Shown piece by piece: positions 45,116 to 58,806 of a stretch of DNA of 64,000 nt. A program made the translations under genes and the position numbers. The stretch comes from Octopus vulgaris (Eukaryota), in contig OX597821.1 of NCBI GenBank assembly GCA_951406725.2, forward strand, positions 106,082,001 through 106,146,000, read 5' to 3'. Position 1 is the first letter of the stretch; each line of letters starts with the position of its first letter. The notes beneath the pieces are model-generated. The model saw only the letters and a program-made list of their open reading frames with translations, had not been told where the DNA came from and did no database searches.

Positions 45116-45272
45116 CTCAGCCTTGTCTCATTCTGTGTCACGCTGTATCTCCTTGAGAACTATGTTAAGTGCACATGTGTTCGTGGCGTGCTCACCCATT
45201 TGTACGTTAATTTCACGAGCAGTTGTTCCGTTGATCGGATCAACTGGAACCCTCATCGCTGTAACCGGAGTA
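45100..45272 (+). mobile_element. SINE tail-1 fragment
   Basis: gtatttcaaag..ccttgtc..gtcacgctg..gagaacta..gttccgttgatcggatcaactggaaccctc. Confidence 0.8.
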
Positions 45273-45480
45273 GTACAGTATCTACATATAACGTAAAACC
45301 TACCTGCTGATGTGCAAGAGCGGTGCCCAAGTAAAGCAAAATTAAATTTTGAATCTCTAATTAATACATACATACATAATCAAAATAATCGCCCCATTTG
45401 ATTTATTTGGATAATACCATAAAAAATCGTGGTGCCTTTAACTTAAGTACCATATTCATCTGAATCTAAATTTTGCTGAA

Positions 45481-45517
<37 letters not shown>

Positions 45518-45521
45518 CTCT

Positions 45522-45845
45522 ACTCTACTCCGCCGGTTACGACGACGAGGGTCCCAGCTGATACGATCAACGGAACAGCCTGCTCGTGAAATTAACGTGC
45601 AAATGGCTGAGCATTCCACAGACACGTGTACCCTTAACGTAGTTCTCGGGGATAATCAGCGTGACGCAGAGAGTGACAAGGCTGACCCTTTGAAATACAA
45701 GTACAACTCATTTTTGCCAGCTGAGTGGACTGGAGCAACGTGAAATAAAGTGTCTTGCTCAAGGACACAACGCGTCGCCGGGAATCGAACTCACAACCTT
45801 ACGATCATGAGCCGAATGCCCTAACCACTAAGCCACGCGCCCTCA
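45522..45845 (-). mobile_element. tRNA-derived SINE with CORE-like body and tail 1
   Basis: Reverse complement gagggcgcgtggcttagtggttagg..gagttcgattccc..gtccttgagcaagacacttt, then the same tail as 35090. Confidence 0.88.
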
Positions 45846-45867
45846 CTATATATATATATATACTCAT

Positions 45868-45936
<69 letters not shown>

Positions 45937-48091
45937 AACTCATGAGGCATTACTATTACTATAGCACATGTAATGTGCTATAGTAATAGATACTCACGCA
46001 TCCTGCCGCGCAGTGGAACTGAATCCGAAACCACATGGTTAGAGAGCGAAGTTTCTCATGCAGCCATGACTGCGATTATTGATGCTCATAAAAGTTTTAC
46101 CAATTTATTTATATTTGTAGTTTTTTATAAGTAGCTTCATCTCCATATATCGTCTTCCAGTCGTCGAAAAATAATTTATGTAAACTCTAACTCTGTAGAT
46201 TCGTCCTTAGTTAATCTTTATTTCCCTTTTTAAAGTTTCGAAATAACACAGTTTTTCCTTATTTTCTTTTTTCCAGTGTTTATGTATTCCTTCCGATGTA
46301 TTCCTTCCTTTATTAATCAGGAGGATATTTTGGTTGACACAAGCTTACATTCATAATTCTAATAAGTGTTATTATTATTCATATTAAGCTTAACCATGAT
46401 TATGTTTCCAATGACCAGCTATCTTCCTATTTCTTTTGTGTACTTTATTTTATCAACTATTGTCTTTGGAAATAATCTTTTTCTATATTTTCATAAGCAG
46501 ATATACATATTTTTTAATGCTGTCTCTATTAACTTCTTTAGATTGCGTATACCAACGTAAACAAGAAATGTTATGTTATTGTAGCGTAGTTTTGTAGTTA
46601 TCTGATGCGATGCTGTTGTTAATACTTCCATAAAAATATCGACTGAAATTGCATACAACAGACACGATGTTTAAAGGCAATTGTTTTCATATATGCTTAT
46701 AGTTAAACTATCGGGTGAGTTTTTGGGTCATTGTGACATATTTTAAGAATGTATATTCATGCATAGAGGAATTTTCATAAGTCGGTACACTGGAATTGTT
46801 TCTAAGCAATTTTCTCTTGGACCATAAGTGTACTGGATTACAAAGCACGCATTTTGCATTGTGCTAAAGAAATTCAAAAGTCTTTAAAACGTTAACATCA
46901 CTGGTATTATTCTCTTTTTACACCTCCTGGTACTGGATATCCTCTAGATAAAACAGGAGAAAATTCTCTGTGAAATGATTAAGGTTTTCAAAAGAATCTT
47001 TTTAAAATGAGTTTGCATAATTTTGTTTCCCATTTCATAGACAAAAACTTTAGTTTATCAGGGAATATACATATTTTATAAAACAGAACCAGTATGTTAT
47101 TGTTATTTATTCAAGCTACCCCATCGATCATGTTTGATATGTTCAATGAAACAAAACTTCTTTACCTCAGATACCTTACTGTAAGAATAGAGAAAAGCAA
47201 AATGTTTGTAGGGAAATAAGTGGTCTGAAATGAGTCGAATTTATTGCATCGTTGTTATTTCTTTTATTAAAATAAAAAAAATGAAAACGAAGAACTTTTA
47301 AAGCTATATTTATAAAGCAAACCAAATTTGTAACATTCTCAACTAAATTTCTGTTCTTAAAATATTTACTATTCGAGAGCTTATAGAGGAATAAGAATTT
47401 TCATTCTACAAAACTGAAAACCCAATGTATTAATCTGTTTTTGGTTGATAACTAAATGACATATGTAAATATTTTACCGGTGAATTGTATTAGAGATTTA
47501 TATTTTACATTCCCGTGGAAAATTTTCAGAATTTTAAAACCTGTTGTTAATGTTGTTTTGTCTCATTCTTACTTTTGTTTTTTTACTGTAATTATATTTT
47601 TGCTGACTTTAAAGAAAAAAAAAAACTTTCTATAAGATTTAACTTATACAAATACAACTTTCTACTCCTAAGGGAATTTTTAAAACTTTTCCATTCCCAC
47701 AGTCTCTGAAATAATATATTTCGTTTTTTTTATACATTATCTATAATTTACACAGTTCTTCAATTCTGTTCTTTGTTTAAAAATATATTTCTCTTTCACT
47801 GTTTAAAATGTTCTTATTGTTACCTTGATTACATCTACCCAAATAATTTCACGCACTCTCGCCTACTCCTGCCATATTTTTCTCGCATTTGCATGCGTTA
47901 ATGTTGGCGTGAAACATTATAGTTCTTTCCAAACCCAAATCAAATCTAATTCACTTTATTTAACTTACATTCATAACGTCTTCAACTAATTCTCTGTCAC
48001 CCATCAACACTCTCGAATTCCTTTCTTATTTCAAGCTGTCTCTCACTATAAGTATTTCTTTCATTCGCTCTCTGTCCCCTATCTACCTGTC

Positions 48092-48520
48092 ATGTGTGTA
48101 CAAACGTACATGATGTGGAAAATATACCGCCAACTTTGCCCAAACGACCTAAACATTAGCTTCAAGGTTCATCCGAGACTTGGACCACGGGCTATACGTC
48201 CCCTGCCAAATTCAAGATCACAACATACATGTACACTGCAACATAATTTCTTTTCCTCAACAGGCCCTGCCCTATTTAACATTGTCCCGAGGGAGATCAA
48301 AGAGGAAAAGGATCCCATCAACTTCAAACAGAGTCTGGATAGATTCCTTCAAAGAATACCAGACAAGCCACCCATAATTGGATACAACTCACCCAGCAAG
48401 AACTCACTACTTGAACAAAACTTGACTTAAACAGGATTCGAATAATCCTATCAGGTGGTGCTATTAAGTTAGACATGGCCTGGACCAATCTCTGGTCGAA
48501 ACATATCTAAGTTTTATCTA

Positions 48521-48525
<5 letters not shown>
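48092..48525 (+). mobile_element. CR1-like LINE 3' end (ORF2 C-terminus, 3' UTR, repeat tail)
   Basis: MWKI..GPALFNIVPREIK..FKQSLDRFLQRIPDKP..GY..NSLL; gacca/tggtc hairpin and (atctaagttt)x2 tail. Confidence 0.8.
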
Positions 48526-48565
<40 letters not shown>

Positions 48566-48574
48566 TATGTATGA

Positions 48575-48882
48575 ATGGCAAATAAAAGGACAGATAGAAT
48601 ATACCAAAATTTATTATTAATCACGACAATTGTTTCGACATATCTAGTGTCGATTCCTCATGGCTGGGACACTTAACAACTGAAAACACATGAATGCAAA
48701 ACAAGGTGGGAAAAATAGTACTCAAATACCAAAGGTAGAGTAATATGCTCTTTATTAAAGCCGAACAACTCTTCACAAGCTGTTTCTGAGTGTTTCCCTC
48801 GTTAGCTTCGTCGGCCAGGCTGTATGACGAACGGTAACGAGAAACTACATAACAGTTTGTGAAGATATTTTCGGCTTCAATA

Positions 48883-48885
<3 letters not shown>
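48575..48885. mobile_element. PLE pseudo-LTR-like fragments: half hammerhead on the minus strand and a fold-back junction
   Basis: Reverse complement of 48622-48660 has gaca/tgtc-GAAA-caattg-TC; 48752-48883 forms a long imperfect hairpin. Confidence 0.55.
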
Positions 48886-48932
<47 letters not shown>

Positions 48933-49124
48933 CGAGAGAGAGAGAAAAAGAAAGAAAACGAAAGAGTAACAAACTAAAGAAAATAATTCCTTCAAAGAAG
49001 TGTATAAAACACCCAATCCACAGGTACGTCAGATGAATATCATATAAGTATGGGTATAATTCAAATTCCAAACTAAATATTAAATAGAGAGATACAATTA
49101 ACAGTCCAATAATTCATTGGATTG

Positions 49125-50800
49125 TTAATTGTTAAGAGAGTTGTGTGTGGAGATGTATGGTAGGGCTTTTGGTTGCAAATGCTTCTTTAATTTGGGATGT
49201 CTGAATTCGCGGATGTTGAGTTGTAAGGCACGTTGAAGGCATATGTCAATTAGTGAAGGTGGATAGTTCCTGATGATGAGTGTATCCTTTAGTTCATGTA
49301 GTCGTCTGTCCCTGGTACTTGCATTAGAAACTATGGTACATATCCTTTTTGCTAGGTTGAAGGGGATATTCATTCTGGTTCGTTTGGGGTGGCATGATAT
49401 TGCTTGGAGTCCGTGGGCTTATAGTATATATCTGTTTCTATTACGTTGATAGATTTCTTGATGAGGATGTCAAGGAAGGGGAGTTGTTGCAGGCTATATT
49501 CCATCGGGAATCGAATGTTTACGTCAAATCCATTTATAAGTGCTTGAAATTCTATAAGTCTCTCTATACTTTCATGCCAAAGAATGAGACAGTCATCCAG
49601 GTATCTCTTCCAGTTATCTTCTATGTTTGAGGGAGAACGGGATCCCGTATTTTCCTAGAACCTTACGATAAAGACTAATTTCTAGATATCCCACGACTAG
49701 GTTAGCAAAGGAGGGGATTATTGTCGTACTCATCGCCGTTCCTGATTTTTGTCGATAGAAGTTGTCTTCGAAAACAAAGTAGTTATTATCGAAGATAGAT
49801 TTTAGCTCTTCTATCACGAATTCTTTTCTTATGCGATGTGGGAGTTCGTTGGCGTATTTCTTTAACCAGAATTGAATTGCCTCTATTCCTAGGTTGTGTG
49901 GGGATACTGGAATAGAGATTGACTACATCGAAAGATACCAGTAGGGTGTTTTTGTTTATTGTTTCGGGAGGGTGATTGAGCATATCCAGGTCGTCCCTTA
50001 TGTAACTTTTGACACGCTTGAGTAATGGTTTGAAGAGGGCATCTAATAAGTTACTGAGGCGATGGGTTTCGCATATATATATATATAGGTCTCAGTTTGA
50101 GGTCATTAGGAGTAGGGACTTTGATTATTATGACTGTGATATTATTATCCTGCATACCTTACTTATTTTCTCACTTTTGTGTATCTTGAGAATACCGTAG
50201 AATTGATTGGTTTTACTTTTGAAATTGGTCATATAGTCATATTCTTTGTCGGTGAGTCCTCTGTATAGGTTCAACATGGATTTTAGGTCCCTCATTATTT
50301 TCTGCTGACAGTAGTGTTGGGCCTTTTCATATGTTGTGTTTTCTAATATGGATAGTACTAGAGCTATATAGTATACAGTGTCCATTAAGACAACAGCACT
50401 CCCTTTATCAGCCTCTTTGTTTGTTACTGTTTTGTCATCTTTTAATTTGTTTAGCTCAGGCCATTCTTTTTTGCTGAAGTTTGGTTTGTGGTTTTTGTTT
50501 ATGCATATGCTCATATGGATAATTCGAGATGTGTTCACAGAAATGATCAAGAGTTTTGTTCTTACGTTTTGAGGGGGTGGAGTTACCCTTATTTCGGACC
50601 AACAATTCGTCCTCGTTGTATTTGTCGTATAGCACCTCAGCGAATCGTAATTTTCTACAGATTTCCGCGATGTCTCCTTTCATTTCCTTGTAGTTGGGGC
50701 GTTGTGGGGTCACTGTAAACTTGAGCCCTTTGGAGAGTATATTGATTTGGTTTGCTGTTAGTTCGTTGTGACTTAGATTGATAAATTTTATCAATTTTGG
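49125..50800 (-). pseudogene. Penelope-like reverse transcriptase, frameshifted, without GIY-YIG
   Basis: LSKGLKF, ADKGSAVVLMD, FYGILKIHK, LVSFDVVNLYSSIP, YRQKSGTAM..PSFANL and NIPFNLAKR..NYP in the correct order. Confidence 0.93.
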
Positions 50801-52529
50801 TTCCTCCTGCCTGTTTGGTTCTATGTTGCATCTGTGTGTTTGCGTATTGGGTCTAAAGAATGATTACGGCGGTTGGGACAATAGCTTTTATGCAATTGTT
50901 CCTCATTGTTTCGGGGGTGCTATGTTGTGATTTAAGGTGAATGTTCTTGGAACTGTATTGAAAGGTGTACCACGATATCCCATGTTCGGATATATATATA
51001 TATATACGCATATAAGTCTGTGTGTGTCTGTATATGTATCTGTGTATGTGTGTTTGGGACAAACTTCATGCCAAGTATAAAGTATACGTAACGTTTGCAT
51101 GCAGATGATTGGGAGAGAGAAACAGAATAGTGAAGAATTGCAAACAGAATTTATATGGCTACCCTATGCTAGTTTATGTCAAACTGATACCTGACAAGTG
51201 GACAGATGTGAAAATCCTATTGTGATTACACATAGGTTGCATCAATGACTTTTGCTGGCTGCGCGCTACACAGATGATACCAAAATACATAGAAAGTCTT
51301 TCTGAGAATACGGCTAATAGTAATCTTTGCCCCACTGTCACGGCGGGTTATATAACGAGATAAGACTGAAGTTTTCCGCATGAAAGTCTCATGTAATTTT
51401 CGACTTTCGTACATTTGTCATTGATCTGGAATCGATAATTTTTAATTAAATTTTCTATATTTTTATTATGTAGATGTAGTGATTGCTGATCGATGAGGCA
51501 CATGGTCATTTTTTTTTGTTCATATTTGACATCAAATTCAGGATGCTTGAACTGAAATATCTTATTTGACCTTTCTTTCTTTCGGACTAGAGTGTAATTT
51601 GATGGAATTTTGACCACTATCTATAGCAGATCGACTAAGCACGTGTTGGGTGTTATCTATATTGATTGCGATGAGAGGCGCATTTTTCCAATATTAGACA
51701 AGGTTTATTTGGTAATATAAATCTTATATTGCTATTACATAACGGATGAAAGGCAAATTCATTTCGCCTATATTTCAATAAATTATATTGTTTCTTCTAT
51801 CATATGCCATATTTGCTGTCGTTTAGCCTCAGATCAGCTGCCATAGAACCAAGCTAAGATAAAAGATGATACAGTTGTTTAGGGCAACTAGGATCACGAT
51901 ATCCAAGGTGCTGGTTCAATATTTCTTTTGTTTATTTCATTTGTATTTGGCTTGTTTCTTGCAGATGTACCGTTCACACGCAGACCTCTAGTTTAGATAT
52001 ATGATTCCACAGTGTATATATGTGTGTGCGAGCGCGCGCGTGTTTATGTGCGTGAGTGCGCTCCCTCGTTCGCGAGTGCGTTTGGGTGCACAATGAGTGA
52101 TTGTGTACATCTTTACTAGAATTGTATTCAAAGTATTACAATATCAGCACAATTGATTCGTTATATGATGTAGGTAGTACAAATTGCGCATTTTGGTAGA
52201 TTAATTTTCCCGCTTCACCACCTCTTCATCTTGTTCCAATTCATTACAAACAAATAATGGGTTACATAGAAGGAATGTGCTGAGACGGGTGACGAACTTT
52301 AAAGTAGTTTCTATCTGCGAAGAAAGAAATCAAAGTCGGTGATGATCAGCTACTATTGACACGCATCGCTAATGTGTAGAGTTGCAATGTGTGAGCTTGC
52401 AGCATAAATGAATTAAGCCACACTAGATTACAGCAGATTGTGAACCATGTTGTAAATAGAAATGAGTGTGTAAATTGCCAACCCTGGCAGATGAGATACC
52501 TGAACTGATGGGGGAAATGATTGGATATA

Positions 52530-53121
52530 TATTTTTTTATTGCTCACAGGGGGATAAACATAGAGGGGACAAACAAAGGGATTTAGTCGATTATATCGAT
52601 CCCAGTGCGTAATTGGTAATTTATTTATCGACCCCGAAAGGATGAAAGACAAAGTCGACCTCGGCGGAATTTGAACTCAGAACATAAAAACAGACGAAAT
52701 ACCTATTTCTTTACTACCCACAAGGGGCTAAACACAGAGGGGACAAACAAGGACAGACAAAGGGATTAAGTCGATTATATCGACCCAAGTGCGTATCTGA
52801 TACTTAATTTATCGTCTCCGAAAGGATGAAAGGCAAAGTTGACTTCGGCGGAATTTGAACTCAGAACGTAGCGACAGGCGAAATACCTATTTCTTTATTA
52901 CCCACAAGGGGCTAAACACAAAGGGGACACACTAGGACAGACATAGGTATTAAGTCGATTACATCGACTCCAGTGCGTAACTGGTACTTAATTTATCGAC
53001 CCCGAAAGGATGAAAGGCAAAGTCGACCTCGGCGGAATTTGAACTCACAACGTAACGACAGGCGAAATACCGCTAAGCATTTCACCCGGCGTGCTAACGT
53101 TTCTGCCAGCTCGCCGCCTTA
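52530..53121 (-). mobile_element. Head-to-tail trimer of SINE family C with LINE-like tails
   Basis: Three units; the first has the full head, the next two start at ggtatttcg directly after aaagaaata. Confidence 0.9.
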
Positions 53122-54304
53122 AATGGTTGGATATCTGTTCTTAGTTGATAGCGTTTGAATACAAAGAAGAAATTCATTGTTTGGTCTCGTGACACGGTAT
53201 AAAACATTGGCATCGGCTCCTAATCAATATATGAAGGGTCAGTCCAAACGATGCTGTCACACCAATTTTTCAATGTCTAAGACCTTCAAGAGCCAGAGAA
53301 CGCAAATGGAAGTTATTATATAACAGATTGAACGGATTTGTACTTAATATTCTGGAAAGTAGTTTTACTATCAATTTTGACGTTGTAAATAACCTAACTA
53401 TTTCCCGTCTGGTAGATTAACAAGAATTCAAAATATCTAAAAAGTTTTAGAATTCATCAGACACAAAATAATCGGGATTATTTACGAAATAAGAAGAAGA
53501 AACCTTGCATACATTTGATAAAACTCAAACTATTCTTACAACAATACCAATCCTTGCGATAAAATCTTTATTTGCTAACAAAATTACAACGGAGTAAATA
53601 ATCCATGCTACAACATAGTAAATCTCGACACAAGCTGATCATAATTCATCATATTTTGTTTTTTGTTACCTGACGCAAATTTCACGTTATGATTATCCCC
53701 CCACACCGGTAACACAATAATATATCTACCAGCACTAAATTATGGTATGCTCCCTAGCAATTCTCGCCTTCCTTATGAATCCTTATACCCCTCCAATACG
53801 TTTATTTCATACCAATGTAACGTGACCCCTTATTGCATTATTTCATGCAAAGCATATAAGTACCTTAAATACCAGACAGAATTATGTAGTCCCACATGAC
53901 ATAAGTTATATGTTCACAATGCGAATGGTCAAATGCAACAGCATTACAGAATCTAATCCATCGCGTGTGCGCTCGAGTATGTGTGTGTGTGTGTGTGTGT
54001 GTTTGTATACGAGTATGTATGTATAGAACGTTATATTCTCTATACGTATGCTTTTTGTCGCTCTGAATATCTAGATATTCGTGTGAAGGATATTTTGATC
54101 AATTTCTCATGCATAGGGATTTAACTTAGCTGTATATTCTACTTACCTTTGTTCTTGTTTGAGTGTTGGATATTGTTAACGAAAATCTTTTAAAACTGAG
54201 TGCTTTATTCATATCTGCCAGCATTTTAAAATCCCTTTTTATTTATTATACATATATATACAAAATGCACATATATACAGACTCATATATGATATATATG
54301 TATA

Positions 54305-54397
<93 letters not shown>

Positions 54398-54416
54398 TTA
54401 TATTTATATATGTTTA

Positions 54417-54466
<50 letters not shown>

Positions 54467-55504
54467 GTGTGTATACATTTCTCTATATGTATATATGTGA
54501 GTGTACACACACACACAAACATACATGTATATGTACGTATATATATATATATATATGCGTATATATATGTATATATATATGCATACATACTTATGCAATC
54601 GTACATATGCAATAATTTTTATTAATATTTTAGCATCTTATAGTGTAGCATATTTTGCTAGAATTAGAAGGAAGGAAGCCGAGGTTGAAATTCAATTTTA
54701 ATTATCAGTATACTTACTATAACTTGGAGGAAAATCTGTTTTTTTTTTAGAAGTTTTCTCCAATTTCCGTCGAGCAAACACAACTACTACTGACTTTCTT
54801 ATTAAAGATTATTATTTAGATTATGAGAGATGAAGAATAAGATACGTTTCTGCAATGATAATATTATTAACATATTTTATAATGCTGTATTTAACAGCAT
54901 CAAAATTTATAGATGAAAATATGTGTGAAAGATGCACTTTGAAATGTTAATAGAATTCAAATAAGTGTTAAATCTTCAACTCACAGCATTTTACAGTACA
55001 TTTCACTCAATAAAATGAATCCTAGTTTGACATCAAAACATGCCTTAACACATTTTTTTTTATATAAAACATGTTTTCTATAAGTCTCTCAAAGTAACAT
55101 GAATTATAATTTGAATCATTTCTCGGTTTATTAAATTTACAAAGATTAAATCAAGTGATTTGCATACGTCTGAGAATATTTAGCTCTTTCAGTCACCATT
55201 AGCAACCACATGTTACTTATTCAATTCTTAAATTCATCAATGATACGAAATATTGTCTGCTCTGACTCACTTTTTTGAAGTAAGCTAATTCAGAAATTCT
55301 TTCATTTCCTTTACACATATACTTCAATACAGAAATCTTAATTTAGACAGTACAGCTCCAGATGTAAAGTGTTCGAGTGCGCAAAAGAGCAGATAATTTC
55401 ATGTTGGTTTCCTAAAGTCGTTGGAAGCTTATGTACTTTACAATTTTTCTTTCCTATAAATTATTTAAACTATGGACAGTACTTATATATTCGAGACAAA
55501 TGTC

Positions 55505-56270
55505 AGCACAAGACCAGCTATTTCAGGTGATAGCCTAAATCCAGAACAATGATCCCGGGGCTCAGCTGGTACTTATTGTATCAACCCCGAAGGAATAAAA
55601 GGAAAGTTCGACGTCGATGGAATTTGAACTCAGAACGTAAATATCTACGAAATGCCACCAAGCATTTAACGTGCTGACGATTCTGCCGGCTCACTGACTC
55701 ATATTAGTTTTATCTTGATTTGAATTTTTTGGTTCAAACAGTACTTATTTTGTGAACCCCAAAGTGGTGAAGAGAAAATCGACATTGCTCTTATATTTTA
55801 ATTCTAGATGCATATTTTCAATAAATAGTCATCTACAATTAAAATATAATGGTTATTCGTGAGCAGAAACATGACGAACGGGGCCTCAATGTCCAGTGCG
55901 ATTTCTCTATATAGATTCTCATGAAACGGTGGGCTCACAGAATCTTTAGCACGCCGGACAAAATGCTCAGCAGTGTTTCGTCTGTTTCTATGTTCTGAGC
56001 TGAAATTCGCCAAGGTCGACATGGCCTTTCACCGTCTAAATGGTCAATAAAATGAATACCAGTCAATTAATACTGATCATGTAATTGACTTGCCCCTCTC
56101 CTCAAAAACTATGACCTTGCGCAAAAATATCAAACCATTTTTTTAGGCAGCAAGCTCGCAGGATACGTTTCCGTATTTGACAAGATCGTTTTGGGGATTT
56201 CTTCTATTGTTTACGTTCTGAGATCAACTCTGTCGATTTTGCCTTGCATTTTTCCGGATTCGATACAATA
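55505..56270. mobile_element. Cluster of decayed family-C SINEs in both orientations
   Basis: aatttgaactcagaacgtaa at ~55621; gttctgagctgaaattcgccaaggtcgac at ~55992; ttacgttctgaga at ~56211. Confidence 0.65.
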
Positions 56271-56356
56271 GGTACAGATTCCCCAAAATGGGAAATACAC
56301 TTGAATCAGGATTCGAATATTTCTTTCTTGGCTCTTCACGTTGCCGACTTCATAAG

Positions 56357-56550
56357 GGAGAAAGAAAGAATGAATGAAAGAAAGAAAGAAAGAATGAAAG
56401 AAAGGAAGAAAGAAAGAAAGGATGGTAGAAAGGAAGCCAGGATGGAAGGGAGAAAGAAAGAAAGAGGGAGAGAAAGAAAGAGAAAGAGAGAGAGAGAAAG
56501 AGAGAGAGAGAACGAGAGAGAGAGAGGGGGAGAGAGCAAGAGAGTGAGAA
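56357..56550 (+). repeat. (GAAA)n/(GA)n purine tract
   Basis: Directly visible. Confidence 0.9.
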
Positions 56551-58575
56551 AGAATCGGGGTAAAATCGTCTTCAGTACTTCATTATTCACTTCGATGGAA
56601 CCGGAAACAAAATCTCTTGAGTGGAAAGTAACGGGGGTCTCTTATTAAGACACGCTAGAACTAGTAGTCAAATCTCCCGTGGAAGGCACACCTCCTCATC
56701 ACAAACGGGAAAGACACTTTATATGAAGTGTTTCTTGAATCATGTAAAGCTTCATAAGGTAATATTCTTAGTGTGCTGTGATATTCATTACTATCTCGAA
56801 GAAAATTCTTCGAACAACCCAGATTTTACTGAGAACAGAAACGTGTTGCAAATTCTGGTCACTGAAAACTTATAATTCTACACAACAATATTGAATAAAC
56901 TACTTTAGTATGACATATGTATTAACATCTCTTTATAAGCGTACAAAATAGCATATTTTTACAAATACTCTATGTCACCCGGGGAAACATCTTGAAATAG
57001 AGAAAACGGTTTCAATATGAATTTAAACACGAATAAGAAATTTGATTGATTGCTTCATGGATCGGGAACTATATTAGTTATCGATGTTTCCAAGGGTATT
57101 AAACCGGGTAAATACGGTAGCAAATGACCTCAATAAAATATATTTCAGTGCTGATGAGGTAACCCCTAATCACAACATTCATGATGAGCTTAGCTTACTA
57201 TTTAATATTGGACTTCAGATAAATGAATGCACCATTGCGAGTCACTTTAAGAATATGAAAAATCGAGGCGTGAGGTTGTTTATGTACCTGATCCACTGAA
57301 ATAAAATAACTTGTATCATTTTCTTATAGTAAAAATGCACATTAAAACGACACGTACTTCACATTATTCTCCTTTTTGTCGACCGTTTTTACGAAAGCAA
57401 TCGTTGAAATATTAATGGATGCAATTGTTTTCCCAAGTTCAGTATATTAGTCACGCTCAATTTGTACTCTCTCTCTCTCTTCCTCCCCCCTCTCTCTCTC
57501 ACATACTCATGCACAAACACTCAATCTCCTCCTATCTCACTCACAAAAATACACAAACAACGAAGAATGTTAAAAAGTATAATCGTTTTTAACATGAATT
57601 GAATACAGATTAGGTTGGCACCGATGTATAGTAAATCATTTCTCCAGAAGCATGCATTTAAAGTGATGGCTCTACTGTAATGGCAACATAAATTAAAATA
57701 ATACAAAGTGATTTCATTTCATTAAACCCGTAATCCACACCGATCAAGTGGTAACGAATGTGATTGCTGTATTAAACCCAAGATGGCGACCCTTGTGCGT
57801 TGCGCTTCGAAAATTTCTAACTATTCCTTCTCATTGCATAAATACATGTGAAAGTGCGCATCAGAGTGAACGTGTTTCGAAAAGCGATTATCAACCAATA
57901 CCGTTTAATTTACAACACGGTATCGTTTAAATTTATACATCAATGATAACATTATTGAGATGAAATTTTTATTATGCAACCGTACTTAACCATTCGATGA
58001 TATTGAAACACGATATCGTATTAGATACTTTAATATCCAGAAATGATGGGAAACCAGTTGGAGCATATGGGAATTGAATTCGTCTTTCTCGTTTCAGTGT
58101 TACAATACGGTTGCGAAATGTTATGGTAGAAGAACATTTTTAGATCGATTGAAATTTCGTACGGTTTTAGTGCCGTTTCCAATTCTTCTAGTATTGACTG
58201 TTGAATGCTTAGCTATTGGCATGATTGATAGTCATCATGAAGGATTCAACAATTGTAAAACAATAGACTATTATATTCCATATATATATTTAAGTATTGT
58301 TATAAAAATACAATTATAGTAAAGGCCGCAGAAGTGACAACGCCTGTATGCTAGAAAAGGGCGCCAAATGGACTATAAACCACTTAAGTTATTATTCCGT
58401 AGACTACAATGCGAAGAAAATAGACAGAAATGTTTATAAAGTTATTATAGACAAGATTTCATGGGTTGCGATACTCAAAACGCTTTCCAATCATCAGTAG
58501 ATCGTAAATAAATGAGAAATACAGATACATACGATAGATATACAGTCGTACAAATACGAAGGAATACATGCAGTT

Positions 58576-58634
<59 letters not shown>

Positions 58635-58806
58635 GAAGTAAAAACCCCATCGTCAATTTCAAATATATGCATATTTACTCAGAATAATTCCGCAGCAAAC
58701 ACGTTTGTGGAGTGAATGAATATATATTTATATATAATTAGGATGAAGTAATTATTAATGATTTATCAGTGACCAGCGTAGCAACAAGACCACATTGGTT
58801 AATTTA

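Noticed and set aside
56560-56730. Possible third mariner relic (EPETKSLEWK...GK)
   Set aside because: Too short and degraded to support without a search
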